Of a DNA stretch of 64,000 bases, positions 11,855-23,321 are shown piece by piece. The translations under genes were made by a program, and so were the position numbers. The notes under the pieces were generated by a model. It had not been told where the DNA came from and made no database searches. It saw only the letters and a program-made list of their open reading frames with translations. Origin of the DNA: Piedraia hortae CBS 480.64 (lineage: Eukaryota); contig MU005959.1 of the NCBI GenBank assembly GCA_010093745.1, forward strand, positions 362,270 to 426,269. Direction: 5' to 3'. Numbering within the stretch: the first letter of the stretch is position 1; each line of letters begins with the position of its first letter.

Positions 11855-12665
11855 TCACCGCCAAGGACCAAACACGTGTTCTATGCTTGATGAGCATACA
11901 AAACCGTCAGCCAAACCTAGGCATAGCAACCACAAGCCACCCATCCATGACAAGTTGTCTAGATCCTCAACCTGGTCTCCACATACACGAAGGTACCCGA
12001 GTGCAGCAGTAGAGCACCCAGTTTCTTTGTCGAATTGATTTGTTGTATCCATGTAAGAATGTGGTATGTATTTGTGCGGAGGTCGACATCTCTTGAACCG
12101 TGCCGGTACCGTTCCGAATGGGATGTAGGCTGTTTACATACCCAACCCATCTCTCAGGTCACAACAGTCGTACAAGCAGACATCTCCAACGTGACGAGGC
12201 ACAATCACGAAGATTCCAAGACCCAGAAGATGTCTTAAGTCGAAAAAACACGAGACTTTCCACATACCTGTAAAACACCCTAAAATATTCTAAACAGGTG
12301 TTGTCTGCAAGCCGCTGGGGTTCTAGCAAGCCATGCCTTAAAGATGTTGGACAGATATGTTCTGGTTGCTCGCCACCCCGTAGTTCTATCTTCCTCATTC
12401 AGCCAGAGTGTGAGGCAGTTCCATTATCGAATGGCAAATCATTGTCTTTGATGTTAGACATACATGTTTTAGTTTGCCATGTCTCCCATTGTGTTAGTCC
12501 GTTCAATAATTCAGCTGGCGTTTGTAGTGCCGTCTCACTGAAGGATCCCCCAAAAGGGCCACACTTCCCTAGTATGCCCAAGGGCACACGATGACAGCCA
12601 CCTACCGGCGTTTGCACTTCATGGAATGGATTAGCCAGATGATACGAACTCGACGTCCATAGCAA
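11855..12665 (-). pseudogene. Possible decayed coding sequence of unknown family
   Basis: Chain of minus-strand ORF pieces. 12399-12665 and 12159-12398 are in the same frame separated by one TGA. No motif recognised. Confidence 0.2.
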
Positions 12666-13248
12666 CTAGCCTCGGTGATCTGAAGGACATGCTGCTCGCT
12701 GAAAGACCCCCCAAGAGCAGCACTATCCATGCCTGCCCAGCCATGAAGGACCTACGAAGGCAGACATCAAATAAATTTCACGAATCCCGGAATCAATTAG
12801 CCTAAAGAACTCGATCTCAATAGCAACTGATGTCGGATGGTAGATGAGAAGCCAAGGCACCAGTTATCTGCGAGACCGGAATTAATTTCCTGCGATATGG
12901 AGAGAGGTTGCGCAAGGTGAGGTCGGTTATTATGGAATGACGAAATTGGTGTGTGCCAAGCCCGAGGCCCAGACGTTCCACAACGAATTCCCCCAGCCTC
13001 ATGCTGTACCAAGACACGCCACTGTACAGACATGCTAGAAGGTGGCTAACATTTCCAACATTGCCAAATTTGCTTGCTTTTGATTCCACGAAGAGAACAT
13101 AACTGACAAAACCCAAACACCAGAAACGCACAGAACAAGACAATCAGACCATGGGGTATACTCCCGCCGTGCCTTGAACACATGCCTCTTGCTTTTGCCA
13201 TCCAAACGCCGCTTTCCAAAACACACTGACACGGATTTACCGTGGTCA

Positions 13249-14661
13249 TCAAGATCTTTTTGGCCGTCGCGTCCTCCTTCTACGCGAATTGGCCCCGATC
13301 GGCGACGACGGCATCGATGACCTCTGCGTCACCCGGTGCTGGTTCCGGGAGAATGCGAGCAAGAGGTCCGGCCGGTTAACCAGATGAGCCATTGACCCTT
13401 CGACATCATCCGCATGGTCATCCGCGCACTCGGTCGATGGCACATCCAATATTTGCATCAAGGTATCGGTGAATGGTAAAGGTGAAGGCGATGCTGCCAT
13501 ACCTGGTTGTGGCGATCCGAACAGGCCGCCACGGCATGGGTCCGATGCCCGACGACTGCTGACGATCCCAAACGCTGCTGGATGGGAGTCAAATGAGGTC
13601 GACAGCGTTGACTGGGCGGTGAACGGTCGGTCGCGGAAGTCTCGACTGGGGGTGACAATGGCATAAGTCACACGCGAGTTCGGCGAGGCGACACAACTGT
13701 TGCTGCCGCATTGTTGGTGCCAGAACGATGCCTGTTCATTTGAAGGCGAAGAGGGAGGCTTTAAGGCAATAAAATCGTCTCCGTATTGTGAAGATACAAT
13801 GCCACGCGATACGCCGGCTTCAAACGACATCCGCGCCGGCTCAACGACTGCACTGCGGCGTTGCACAGACTTCGGACGCGCTAGTTTCGAGTCAACGCCG
13901 GTGGGCTGAGCTTCGCCCTTGACCAGGTCACCGCATCTTGCCCAGCGGTCGACTTCATCTTCATCTTCAGTTGTGTTACCACCTGCTAAGTTAGCTTCGG
14001 CCACCATCGGAGCACCAGGCGTACCATCGTCACTCTCGCATTCACCAAGATCAGAATCATGAATATAGCCAGTAAAAGGCGCATCAATCAAGTGGGGTAG
14101 GAATTCTTGCACTTCCCCGTGGAGTGGAAACGGTTCTAGAGGAGCCCGGTCCTCTTGCCCCTGCAACTCATCGTCACCAGTGTCATCATCATATAAGGCT
14201 CCGGTGTGGATCATGTCCTCAAGTCGGAACTCTTTGGAGGGGGCAGAATCATTTATCGGATTCAAGTGAGGACCCATCATAAAATCTCCGAAATCTCCAT
14301 CAAAGTTGGCACCGGTGTAGCCGTCGGACTGCTGTCGCTCCAATGCTACAAACTCTGCTCTGAGGTGAGGTTCCAGCATGCGGCAGTCAAGCACAGGTTC
14401 CTCGAGACCATGTAAACCAAGTCCATCCTCGAAGCTTCCAAATACATTTGGCGAAAGCCCTGCCAAGTTCCAGTCCTGGTCGGCACCTGACAGGGCAGAA
14501 GCATCTGCCTCTTCTTCTCCGGCGTTGTCGTCATGTTCGCTATCAACCGAACTGTTATCTGACTGGTCGACCCCAACTTTCTTGTTTGCAATGCCAGTAC
14601 CAGTGGTGGCCTGGGCGAAATTGAACCGATAATGGTCCTGATGGACGGGCGCTGACGCCAT
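13249..14661 (-). CDS. Hypothetical acidic, Ser/Pro-rich protein (likely conserved Pezizomycotina hypothetical)
   Basis: 470-aa ATG-initiated single-exon ORF, mostly low complexity, with C-terminal 'LLLAFSRNQH' and a basic NLS-like tail RRRRTRRPKR. Confidence 0.65.
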   Translation of the reverse strand: MASAPVHQDHYRFNFAQATTGTGIANKKVGVDQSDNSSVDSEHDDNAGEEEADASALSGADQDWNLAGLSPNVFGSFEDGLGLHGLEEPVLDCRMLEPHLRAEFVALERQQSDGYTGANFDGDFGDFMMGPHLNPINDSAPSKEFRLEDMIHTGALYDDDTGDDELQGQEDRAPLEPFPLHGEVQEFLPHLIDAPFTGYIHDSDLGECESDDGTPGAPMVAEANLAGGNTTEDEDEVDRWARCGDLVKGEAQPTGVDSKLARPKSVQRRSAVVEPARMSFEAGVSRGIVSSQYGDDFIALKPPSSPSNEQASFWHQQCGSNSCVASPNSRVTYAIVTPSRDFRDRPFTAQSTLSTSFDSHPAAFGIVSSRRASDPCRGGLFGSPQPGMAASPSPLPFTDTLMQILDVPSTECADDHADDVEGSMAHLVNRPDLLLAFSRNQHRVTQRSSMPSSPIGANSRRRRTRRPKRS

Positions 14662-15658
14662 GAGTGACGGCGAGCGCGAGAAAGGCCAGAGGGCCGAACT
14701 ACTGATGTCTGAGTGAAAATGTGGCTGCTTTGAACAGCCGAGATGTCGTCGGCGAAGGTCCTGATGTAAATGTAGGAGCGTCGTATGCAGCTGTCACCGG
14801 GGACTAGGAGGAGTTGAGGCCTCCTAGCGGTGGGTCTAGCCCGTGAAGGTGGACTGCATACTGACGACAAATAAGATGTAGGCTTTTCAGAGTGCTGGGA
14901 CTATTGACAGCTGGTTAGAGGACTGGAGTTGGGGTTGTTGTTGGAAAAGTGCCAGGGCAAAGCGAGGCGGTGGGGCAGCGCGGCAAAAAAATTTGACACT
15001 AAACCCAACTGGTAAAACAGGCGGTCAGGGATTCGTTGGCGCAAACGGTGCCGAATGGTAGCACAGCAACAAAGCTTCGGCGGCCGCTGCGTCAAGCCGC
15101 CGACCGGGGGTGGCGCGGGGATTCGCTGCTGGCCAGCTACCATTGGCTGTCGGCTGCAGCCATCAACGCACCTCTGGACTTGCTCCTGGAAGCCGCAGTG
15201 CGTGGGGTAGGAGCCCCGTGTTCTGAACGGCTCGATTGGCTGGCTGTAGGGCCCAATAAGACTATAGACAAAATGTAAATGACTGGTGCAAATGGATGTC
15301 AATCCACTCAGCGCGAATCATTCACGATGGGGAGCCTATGATACTTGGTTGTCCGTTTCATTGCGGTCAGCAATGAAGGTGATCTGGTCAAGCAGTGAAG
15401 GTAAAGCGCGACGCCAATATCGTCGCCCCTTTGAGAGCAATGCATCAGAGTAAGAAGTAGAGTCACCACTAGCGTTTAGGCCAGAGTCACAGCTAGGTCC
15501 GAGTCATAGGCGTTTTTGGTACGTCAGAGTTACTTCGTAAGCGACCATCTGATTAACTGTTACAAGTCTCGTCCGGACGGTGAAGACGAGACCGGCATTT
15601 GATACACCACCCAACCATGTTAATTACAGAACAACACCAGGTAACACCGCTCGGGCCC

Positions 15659-16360
15659 TCACAGAAGCACACAGCAGCCGCTCCGCTCCGGGCGGTCGCC
15701 GCTCAACAGGCTCTGTCGGGTCGCCGCCTCAAAGACGTCGTCGACGCCCTCGCCCGTGAGCGATGAGCACTCTAGATATTTCTTGGCGCCTATTCGCTTG
15801 CGCACCTCTTCGCCCTCTTCTTCGGTAAGAAACTTTTCATTCTTCATGCGCATCTCCTCTTGCATGGCCGGATCGTCTCTCAAGTCCCGCTTGAGCCCAA
15901 CCAGGATGGTGGGCACGCCAGGACACCGCTCCTGCACCTCGGGATGCCTGTCTGACGTCAGTACTTGGCCTGACCTCAAGGCCACAACCAGCCCAACTTA
16001 CCATTTTGTTGTGATGTTCTGCAGCGAGTCCGCGCTGGAGACGGAGAATGCAATGAGGATGACGTGTGCTTGACTGTAGGCGAGTGGACGTAGGCGCTCG
16101 TAGTCCTCTTGGCCAGCAGTGTCCCAGAGTGCCAACTGCACCGACTTACCGTCGACGCGGCAGTCGGTTACATAGTTCTCAAATACTGTGGGAACGTAGC
16201 GCTGCTGCCGTCAGTGTGTGGATGGGCGCGGCCTTTTGCAACGCACCTGGGGGAAGTAGCCGAGGGTAAAGACGCTTAGCAGACTGGTCTTGCCGCACGC
16301 GCCGTCTCCTATGATAACCAGCTTCCTCCGCATCACCTGCTGATCTTGCTGTGCCGCCAT
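15659..16360 (-). CDS. RHO2: Rho-family GTPase Rho2, 3 exons
   Basis: Exons 16360-16247, 16201-16002 and 15947-15659; introns 45 and 54 nt with GT..CTGAC..AG. '[27 protein letters not shown]', 'YVPTVFENY', '[17 protein letters not shown]', C-terminal CCVLL CAAX. Confidence 0.95.
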
Positions 16361-16909
16361 GTCGTGTTGGGTTTGCTGTTGTCGCAAAGCGGAGGCGGGA
16401 ATGGGCGGCCCGCCGTTTGCCTGGGTGAGAACGGCTACGCAAGAGGCTGGACGGGCACGGCGTGGGTCGCGCAGTAGAGAGCAACGGCGGGCTCTGGGGA
16501 CAGCGTCGGCGTCGCCGCGGGCTGGCCGAGCGGGGGACGAGGGGCGTAGGATGACGGGAGAAGGTGAGCGGTGTCACCGTAGACGGCGTCCAATAGAATA
16601 GGGGCAATGGACGACTACGCGGGGCAAAGAGGAAAGTCAAGCGACAAGACGGAAAGTCACGACAGGTAGTTGGAGCGTTGTAGAAGTCGTTGTCGTTCGA
16701 ATAAGGGAGGAGCGAAGGCTGCGGGCCGCTTCAGCCACTGACCTCCACCCTCCGCCTCCGCGTTCCGACGACGAGCTTCCATCACACTCAACTTGCGTTG
16801 TTTGTTGACGCTGTCATCACGCGGGGCACACAGATAATCGCCGAGTGAGTGACGTCTTTGGCTGTCAACATCGCGCTGACCACGGCCCCGCCAGCTTCAC
16901 ACTACAAAC

Positions 16910-19900
16910 ATGGCTTCCAAACCGTTGTATCTGCCCACCGCCAACGGAGTCCTCACCGCTCCGCCGGGTGGCGCTAACCGCACCAAAAAGGGCAAGCGGC
17001 GTCGTCTGTTGTCGCGGGCGCAGCAGGTCCCACCGGCCGCGGCGGGGAGCGACGATGCTCTCCCCGGTGATGAGGAAGTCGACGAGGAAGTTTCCGAAAC
17101 CGATCAGGGTGTGTCCCCGGAGTCCCTCAACCGGCCCAATCCCCCGTCATCGACGAGCAAAAAGCGCAACAAGAAAAAGAAGGCCGGCACCGCCCAGACC
17201 GGCGACGACGCCGGTCGCCAGCAAAACCCGCCGCAAAGAACCTCTCAGGCGCCGCGCTCGCAGGGACACAATAACATTTGGAACACAAGCATGGCGCAGG
17301 AGCGGCAGAACATCAAGGAGTTTTGGCTGAGCCTGAGTGAAGAACGCCGGCGCGCGCTGCTGAAGATTGAGAAGGAAGCGGTCCTCAAGAAGATGAAGCA
17401 GCAACAAAAGGACTCGTGTTCGTGCAACAGCTGTGGCCGTAAACGCCATGCCATTGAAGAGGAGCTGGAAGCGCTCTACGAGAATTACTACAAGGAGCTG
17501 GAGCACTACGCCAACGATCCGTCGGCCGCCCCGCCGGGCGAGGGCCTCATGCCATCCTCCCTAGAGCATCCCCCTTATCCTCACAAGGCACAGGGCTCGC
17601 ACTACAAGACGAGCGCATACCAAGAACACCTCAACGATGACGAGTACACAGAACCAAACGGGTACAGCGAGGAGGAATACGAGCTGGATGAGGAAGATGA
17701 AGATGGTGAAGAGGACTGCGAGTCGGGCGATGAAGGAGACGTCGAACCTGAGTCTCGCGCTGGCATGAGCGATTTCTTCAAATTCGGTCAAAACCTGACT
17801 GTGAAAAGTATGTATGTCGCCTGGAGAACTGTTACGGACGCTAAAAATTTGGACAGACAATGTACTCACCGTTGCAGACGACGTGCTGAAGGATGACAGT
17901 CGTAAATTCATTGAGATGATGGAGCAGCTGGCCGAGAGGCGGATGCAAAGGGAAGCCGAAGCAGCCGACACTGCAGCCGCCCACGCGCGTGAGTTGAACA
18001 GCAGTTACGCCAATGACAACTATGTGCACGATGGAGCCATGGCCGGCGACGAGTACGATGACGACGAAGACTATGACAGTCAGGACGAAGAGTACGATGA
18101 AGATGAGCTTGATGACGGCGAAGAGGTGAGACAGCAAGGTAAATAAACTGGTCCAAAACGCTAATTTTACCTAGGCGGCCTTCAGCGAGGAACAACGCAT
18201 GTACGAGGGCCGTCGAATGTTCCAGATATTTGCTGCCCGTATGTTTGAGCAGCGAGTGTTTACCGCTTATAGGGAGAAGGTGGCACTCGAACGGCAGCAG
18301 CGGCTCCTGGAAGAGCTCAAAGACGAGGAAAAACTCGAGAATCAGCGGCAGAAGAAGAAGGAACGTGACGCACAGAAGAAGAAGGAGCGGAAAAAGGCGC
18401 AGCAGCAACATCGTGCTGAGGAAAAGGCGCGCAAGGAAGCCGAAAAGGCAGCCGAGGAAGCACGACAGCGCGAGGAACTTGAAAAGCAGCAAGAGGAGCA
18501 GCGTCGGAAAAAGGAAGACCAGCGCAAAAAGAGGGAGGAGGCGAAGCGTAAGGAAGAGGAGGAAAAGGCACGCAAGGAGGCAGAGCGGCAGCGGCAGGTA
18601 CAGGAGGCTGAACAGCGTCGTCAAGAAGCTTCACGTAAAAAGGCAGCCGAAAAGGCGCGGAAAGAAGAGCAGAAGAAGCGCGAGCGTGAGGAAAGAGAAG
18701 CCAGGGAAGCCGAGGTCCGTGCGCGCAGGCTAAGCCAGGAAAGGAAGGAGCGCGAGGCCAAGGCCCCCGCTCCTTCAGCTCCACAGGTGACGAAAAAGGT
18801 CAGTCAATCGGCTGTGCCGCATGTCAAGCAGCCACCAGGAATTACTCCTCCGGTCCCCGCCGTACCCAAGGCTGCCACTCCATTCCGACCGCGTCAGACA
18901 TCGGGGCAAAGTCCACATGTTCCACCGGTGCCCTTGCAACAGTCGTCTGCGCACACAGGTCCTAGTGCTACGACATCTCCGCCGAATGTTCCGCCTCCAG
19001 GCGCACCCAAAGTTATTTCTGCGGCACAGTCGCATTCAACCCATGAAACGTCGCAAGCGCAGCCGCAAATACCATCCCCCGCTGGCTTTGGGCCCACGCC
19101 GTCCATGCACCTGGGAAGTGTTCCGACCCCGCCGGTGCCGGGACCGAGAAATCCTCCCCCAGGCATCTTTCAACAGTCCATGGCGCCTAATCGTATTCCG
19201 GCAAATGTTCTACCGTCGATGGCTACAGGCATAGCACGTCCTAAACAACGGATGGGCTACGGTCTAGACGCACCACCTGGCTTGAGTTCTCCTCCGCGGC
19301 AGGTGCCCATTGGCCAAACGCACTTGGTGGGTGCCGACATGGGCAGGACGAATCTGCAACAGCCTCCTCGTGCAGAGTCTTTTAGCCAAGATCATGCGTA
19401 CGGCCCGATTTCCAGTCTTCCGACGCCCATCCAGAGGCCGAGTAGTGTGAAGCCTCCAGAAGACGACGGGTCCGACCAGAGCATTAAGAAACTGGGCAGT
19501 TCCGCGCTTGCAGCAGACGCCGAGCCTTTGGGCCCGCGTCCCCACGCAGCATCAGCTCATGGAGGTCTTCGTCATGCACATACGGGGTTTGGGGACTTGA
19601 ACTCTCTCAGCCAGCCATGGGGTCCACATAGTGCGTATCCCGGTCTCAGCATGGCGAACAGCTGGGGAATGCCACCGCGCTGGACTCCAGTGTCGCCGGT
19701 GACGGCGCCTGGCTACCAGCCCTTTGGCAAAATGACCACCCCACCGCTCCGTGGCAACCGATCGCGCAACATTCGTCTTGCCGTCTGCGACGCATGTCGG
19801 TACCTGAACGCGCGTCCCGGACTAGGCAACAACGAAAACGGCTGGGTAAATATGAACCTTGTCATGGCCCGTCTGAATGAAATCTATGCCATGGATGCTA

Positions 19901-20103
19901 TGCCCACCGTGCAGGAAATCGAACAAGTGTGCGAAATCCTCGGCGATGCCTCAAACGGTGGAGGCGAGCTCCAGCTCCGTCAAGTCAATGGCATGATTTT
20001 TGTAAAATGGTCACCCCTCGACCGCGGTGGTCTAGGCGAAATTGGAAGTCCCCTTCCCAAACGAGATGTCAGTAGCATCAGCGGACCTGCTGGACGCTGG
20101 TAA
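16910..20103 (+). CDS. NST1: Stress response protein Nst1, 3 exons
   Basis: NST1 domain '[17 protein letters not shown]...[19 protein letters not shown]'; 'LTVADD', '[18 protein letters not shown]'. Introns 17808-17856 and 18126-18174 (49 nt each) join the three ORF pieces in frame. Confidence 0.9.
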
Positions 20104-21104
20104 TTAATCTAGGCACACGCCTATGTCAGTTTTGTTGTCTTTTTTTTTCCCATTCAATCTCTCTGTTTGAGTTTACAAAGATGTTCAAGTTACTTGGCGG
20201 ATGATAGATTTGTGTTCGAGGCATGTACGGACTATTATGCATACTACTACTGATACCTTAGAGGTTATGGTCTCGTTCCATGAGTCTGCGGTACATCTAC
20301 TCAGCTCATGGGTAAGTAAAATACCTGCTAGGTCCCCTACCATGCAAACGCTTCTAATATCCTGCTCGAATTTTATTCTGCGTTCCCCCTTGACAAGTAG
20401 TTGTTTCTATACGAAAAATCTCCTTGCTCCTTACGATGGATCCCGGATTTGAACTCCAACTGGACTGTAGAACAGACCTTTAAGGTTGAAGCCTGTACTG
20501 CCAGGTTGATTTGTGAGGGAAGATGATATGCGAGAGTAGTTCCTACGAAATAGGACTCTCGTCTCATGAAGTCTGCATACCTTCCGGTACAGGAGCTACT
20601 AAGAAAAGTATGGTGGAGACGATGTGTTACAGCATTTGGGACAGCGTTTTCCTTTACGGATTGCATATATATCCCTTCTCCTGTCGGTCCTGGAATTGCG
20701 GTTATCCTGTCCATCCTTCAGTGCCAGGGGAGGTTTCAACCCAGCTGAACGGTCAGATATCAGAAAACAAATCCCTCCACCCGTACAATTCCCACCCAGC
20801 TCATCAATCCCCAACACCATACAGTCATATAACGGACACTGGATGCAGCGAATTTCTCTTAATAGCGGATTTTCAGCAGCCCCAAATTTGTCTCCACATT
20901 CCTGTAGGGACCTGTATACAGCGGATCCTTGATATAGCGAACAGAATTCCCGTACCAGACCAATTCGCTATAACCAAATTTGATTGTAACCCACATCAAA
21001 AAAGTCGTTTATCCACTAACCTCAAAAAGGAAGGCACTCATATTTCCCTCAGTAAAATTCTTTGTCTCCTCCCCTCCCTCAACAAACAACTCGTTCAAAG
21101 AACC

Positions 21105-21936
21105 ATGGAACCCCACCGCGCAGGCGTCTTCTGGTCCGCGGCGGGCTTCTCCTGTCCGGGAGACGCAGTAGACTATGCATTGAAACAGTATCATATGATC
21201 CACGAAGCCGCAGAGGCGGAGATTGCACACGCAAACGGAAAACTCTCGCGATGCGCGTCGATCTGTAGACGTATCGTGGCGACTAAGCATGTCTCTGAGG
21301 CTGTGCGTGCGCGTGCACATTGTCTTTTAGCCAAGGAGGGGGTTGGGAGGTTTCTGATGGAGGATCGAGCGTAAGTCTGGCGGGTTTGGTTGTTTGAATC
21401 TTTGTGGGTGCTAACGATTTCGTAGAATGCATGCAGCTCAGAGCGTCAAGTTGTGGATTTTTGTGATTGAGCGTAGAGGACGGTCCAAGCATCGTACTGA
21501 TTTGGCCAGAGAAGGGTTTCTTGAGGCGAAGAAGACGTTCAATGACCATTATTTCAACCAGTCAACGCTGACTAGCGTCAAGGGCAAGATGCTGCGTGAA
21601 GCCTACGGCTTCAGAGAACTGCATCCGCTGCCGCCTATTCCGCACGAGGCCCGGGAGAGGGATCATCTGCGTCCTCAGAGTCAACGTCCCCAAGGCCAGA
21701 GGCTGTTGGGTGGGAATGGAACTACTAGCCAGGATGGGGAGTCTCGCAGGCACCCCATGGGTGCCAGACCTAGGTCCTCTACCGGCCTCACTCGCCGTGC
21801 CCTCGGCCAGTTGTCCATGAGCGCCCTGAACGCTCGCGGCCGATCGCATTCTCTACAGACTGTGCGTGGAGAAGAAGAGGAACCGCGTCGTGCATTGCCG
21901 GACAGGTTGGCAAATGTCAGCCTGCGTCGTAGGTAG
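21105..21936 (+). CDS. Hypothetical (orphan-like) protein, 2 exons
   Basis: ATG 21105 (ACCATGG context). Canonical intron 21371-21425 (GTAAGT...GCTAAC...TAG) joins in frame to ORF 21427-21936. Confidence 0.6.
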
Positions 21937-21954
21937 AGCAGAGTAGACGTCTAT

Positions 21955-23143
21955 TCAGACTTTAAAATCAGCATTAGACTTTTCCCATCCGCCGCACATG
22001 GACTGCGGTTTTCCCGTGGCTATTTTCTGCGCAAGCTCCTGCTTATCTTTGGCTGATTGCACACTGCACAGATCATAGACGGTTCCGAGGTTGTAGAGAG
22101 AGCTCGGAAATGGTTGCCGGATACTGAGTTCTTCAAGAGTCCGCCTTGAAGCGTTGATATGTCCACTGTATAACTTTGCAACTGCTTGGTTATTTGCTGC
22201 AAGTGGAGTGTTCTCTTGCATCCACGCCTTGATCGCCTCGTTCAGATTGTCATCGGCAAGGTTCAGTAAAGGTTCCAACTCGGTCTTATCCCTCATCTGC
22301 TGAACAGCATGACGAGCACTTTCTACATCGCCCATTCTTAGATTGAGCAGTGCCTTGCGATAGGATATGTCATCGTTGGCCTCGCCAAGTGAGTCGAGAT
22401 GTCGTTGAGCCGTCTCCAATTCACCCATTTCCGCCAGAGCATCGGCAACTCGGAGACCCATCTCTTTTAGTCTCTGTGACCAGAGTTCGAATGTCTGCTG
22501 GTCGTCCTCAGCCAAAGCTTCTCTTGCCCGGGCACGAACTTCGGCAGCTAGAGCGTACAGCGACATGATGCCTCGGCGTCCTCCATCAGCGGCGTCGACG
22601 GACTGCAACCGAACAAGAAGCAGCCTGAGATTCCAGGGCACCACAACTTTGATGCCAGGAGTTCCACGGCCCAGGACTTCGGTTAGAGGAATGGCCTCGG
22701 CAGCTGCCAATGCCGGCCTCCCTATGAGGATGAGACAAGCGAGACGAATGAAGAGCAGCTGCATCATGCGTTCGACATCAGCAGGTGGACAGGTCTGAAG
22801 TTCGCCGGGGATCAGATCTGCAGCGCGACGAAAGTAACCCCCTTGCAGCAATTCGGCCAAAGAAGTCCCGGCAGGTGGCTGATTATCAGAAGCGATAAAG
22901 GCCGGGTGCACGCCATCAGTGGGTAATGAGTGGTAGATGGCTTTGTTCTGAAGGAAACGAAGGTCAACATCAGGGACTACTCGAGGCGTACGAGGTTCGG
23001 TTGCCCTATTCGTCTCAGCTCGCCTCTAAACCTGCCCATTACACCCACTCGTCAACGTCCAGCGGACCTTTACTGCTCTTTCTCATGATAGGGTGGGAGA
23101 TGTTCCGCCCATGGCGCCTCGGAAGGCCTTTTGATGATTCCAT
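21955..23143 (-). CDS. TPR-like protein, probable trafficking protein particle complex subunit 12 (TRAPPC12)-like, 2 exons
   Basis: Exon 1 23143-23049 ('RKSSKGPLD'), intron 23048-23006 (43 nt), exon 2 'DLRFLQNKAIYHSL', 'VPWNLRLLLVRLQ', 'NNQAVAKLYSG', 'YNLGTVYDLC', C-terminal 'GWEKSNADFK'. Confidence 0.7.
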
Positions 23144-23321
23144 GCTGGGTCTGGCAAGTTCTTGACGTCGACGATCCCTGCAGTGGGTCGACGTAAGGTT
23201 GATTGCGCAGATTAGGACTAGCGCAACATTAGGTGCAGGGCCGATATCGGCCCGGATGGTGGGGTTTGCGACGTGAAATTTTGACAGGAGCACAGGGTAA
23301 AGATTCACCACGCCGTCTAAG

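Noticed and set aside
17908..18784. Leu/Phe-rich antisense and Arg-rich alternative-frame ORFs in NST1
   Set aside because: By-products of the E/K/R/Q-rich coiled-coil coding sequence.
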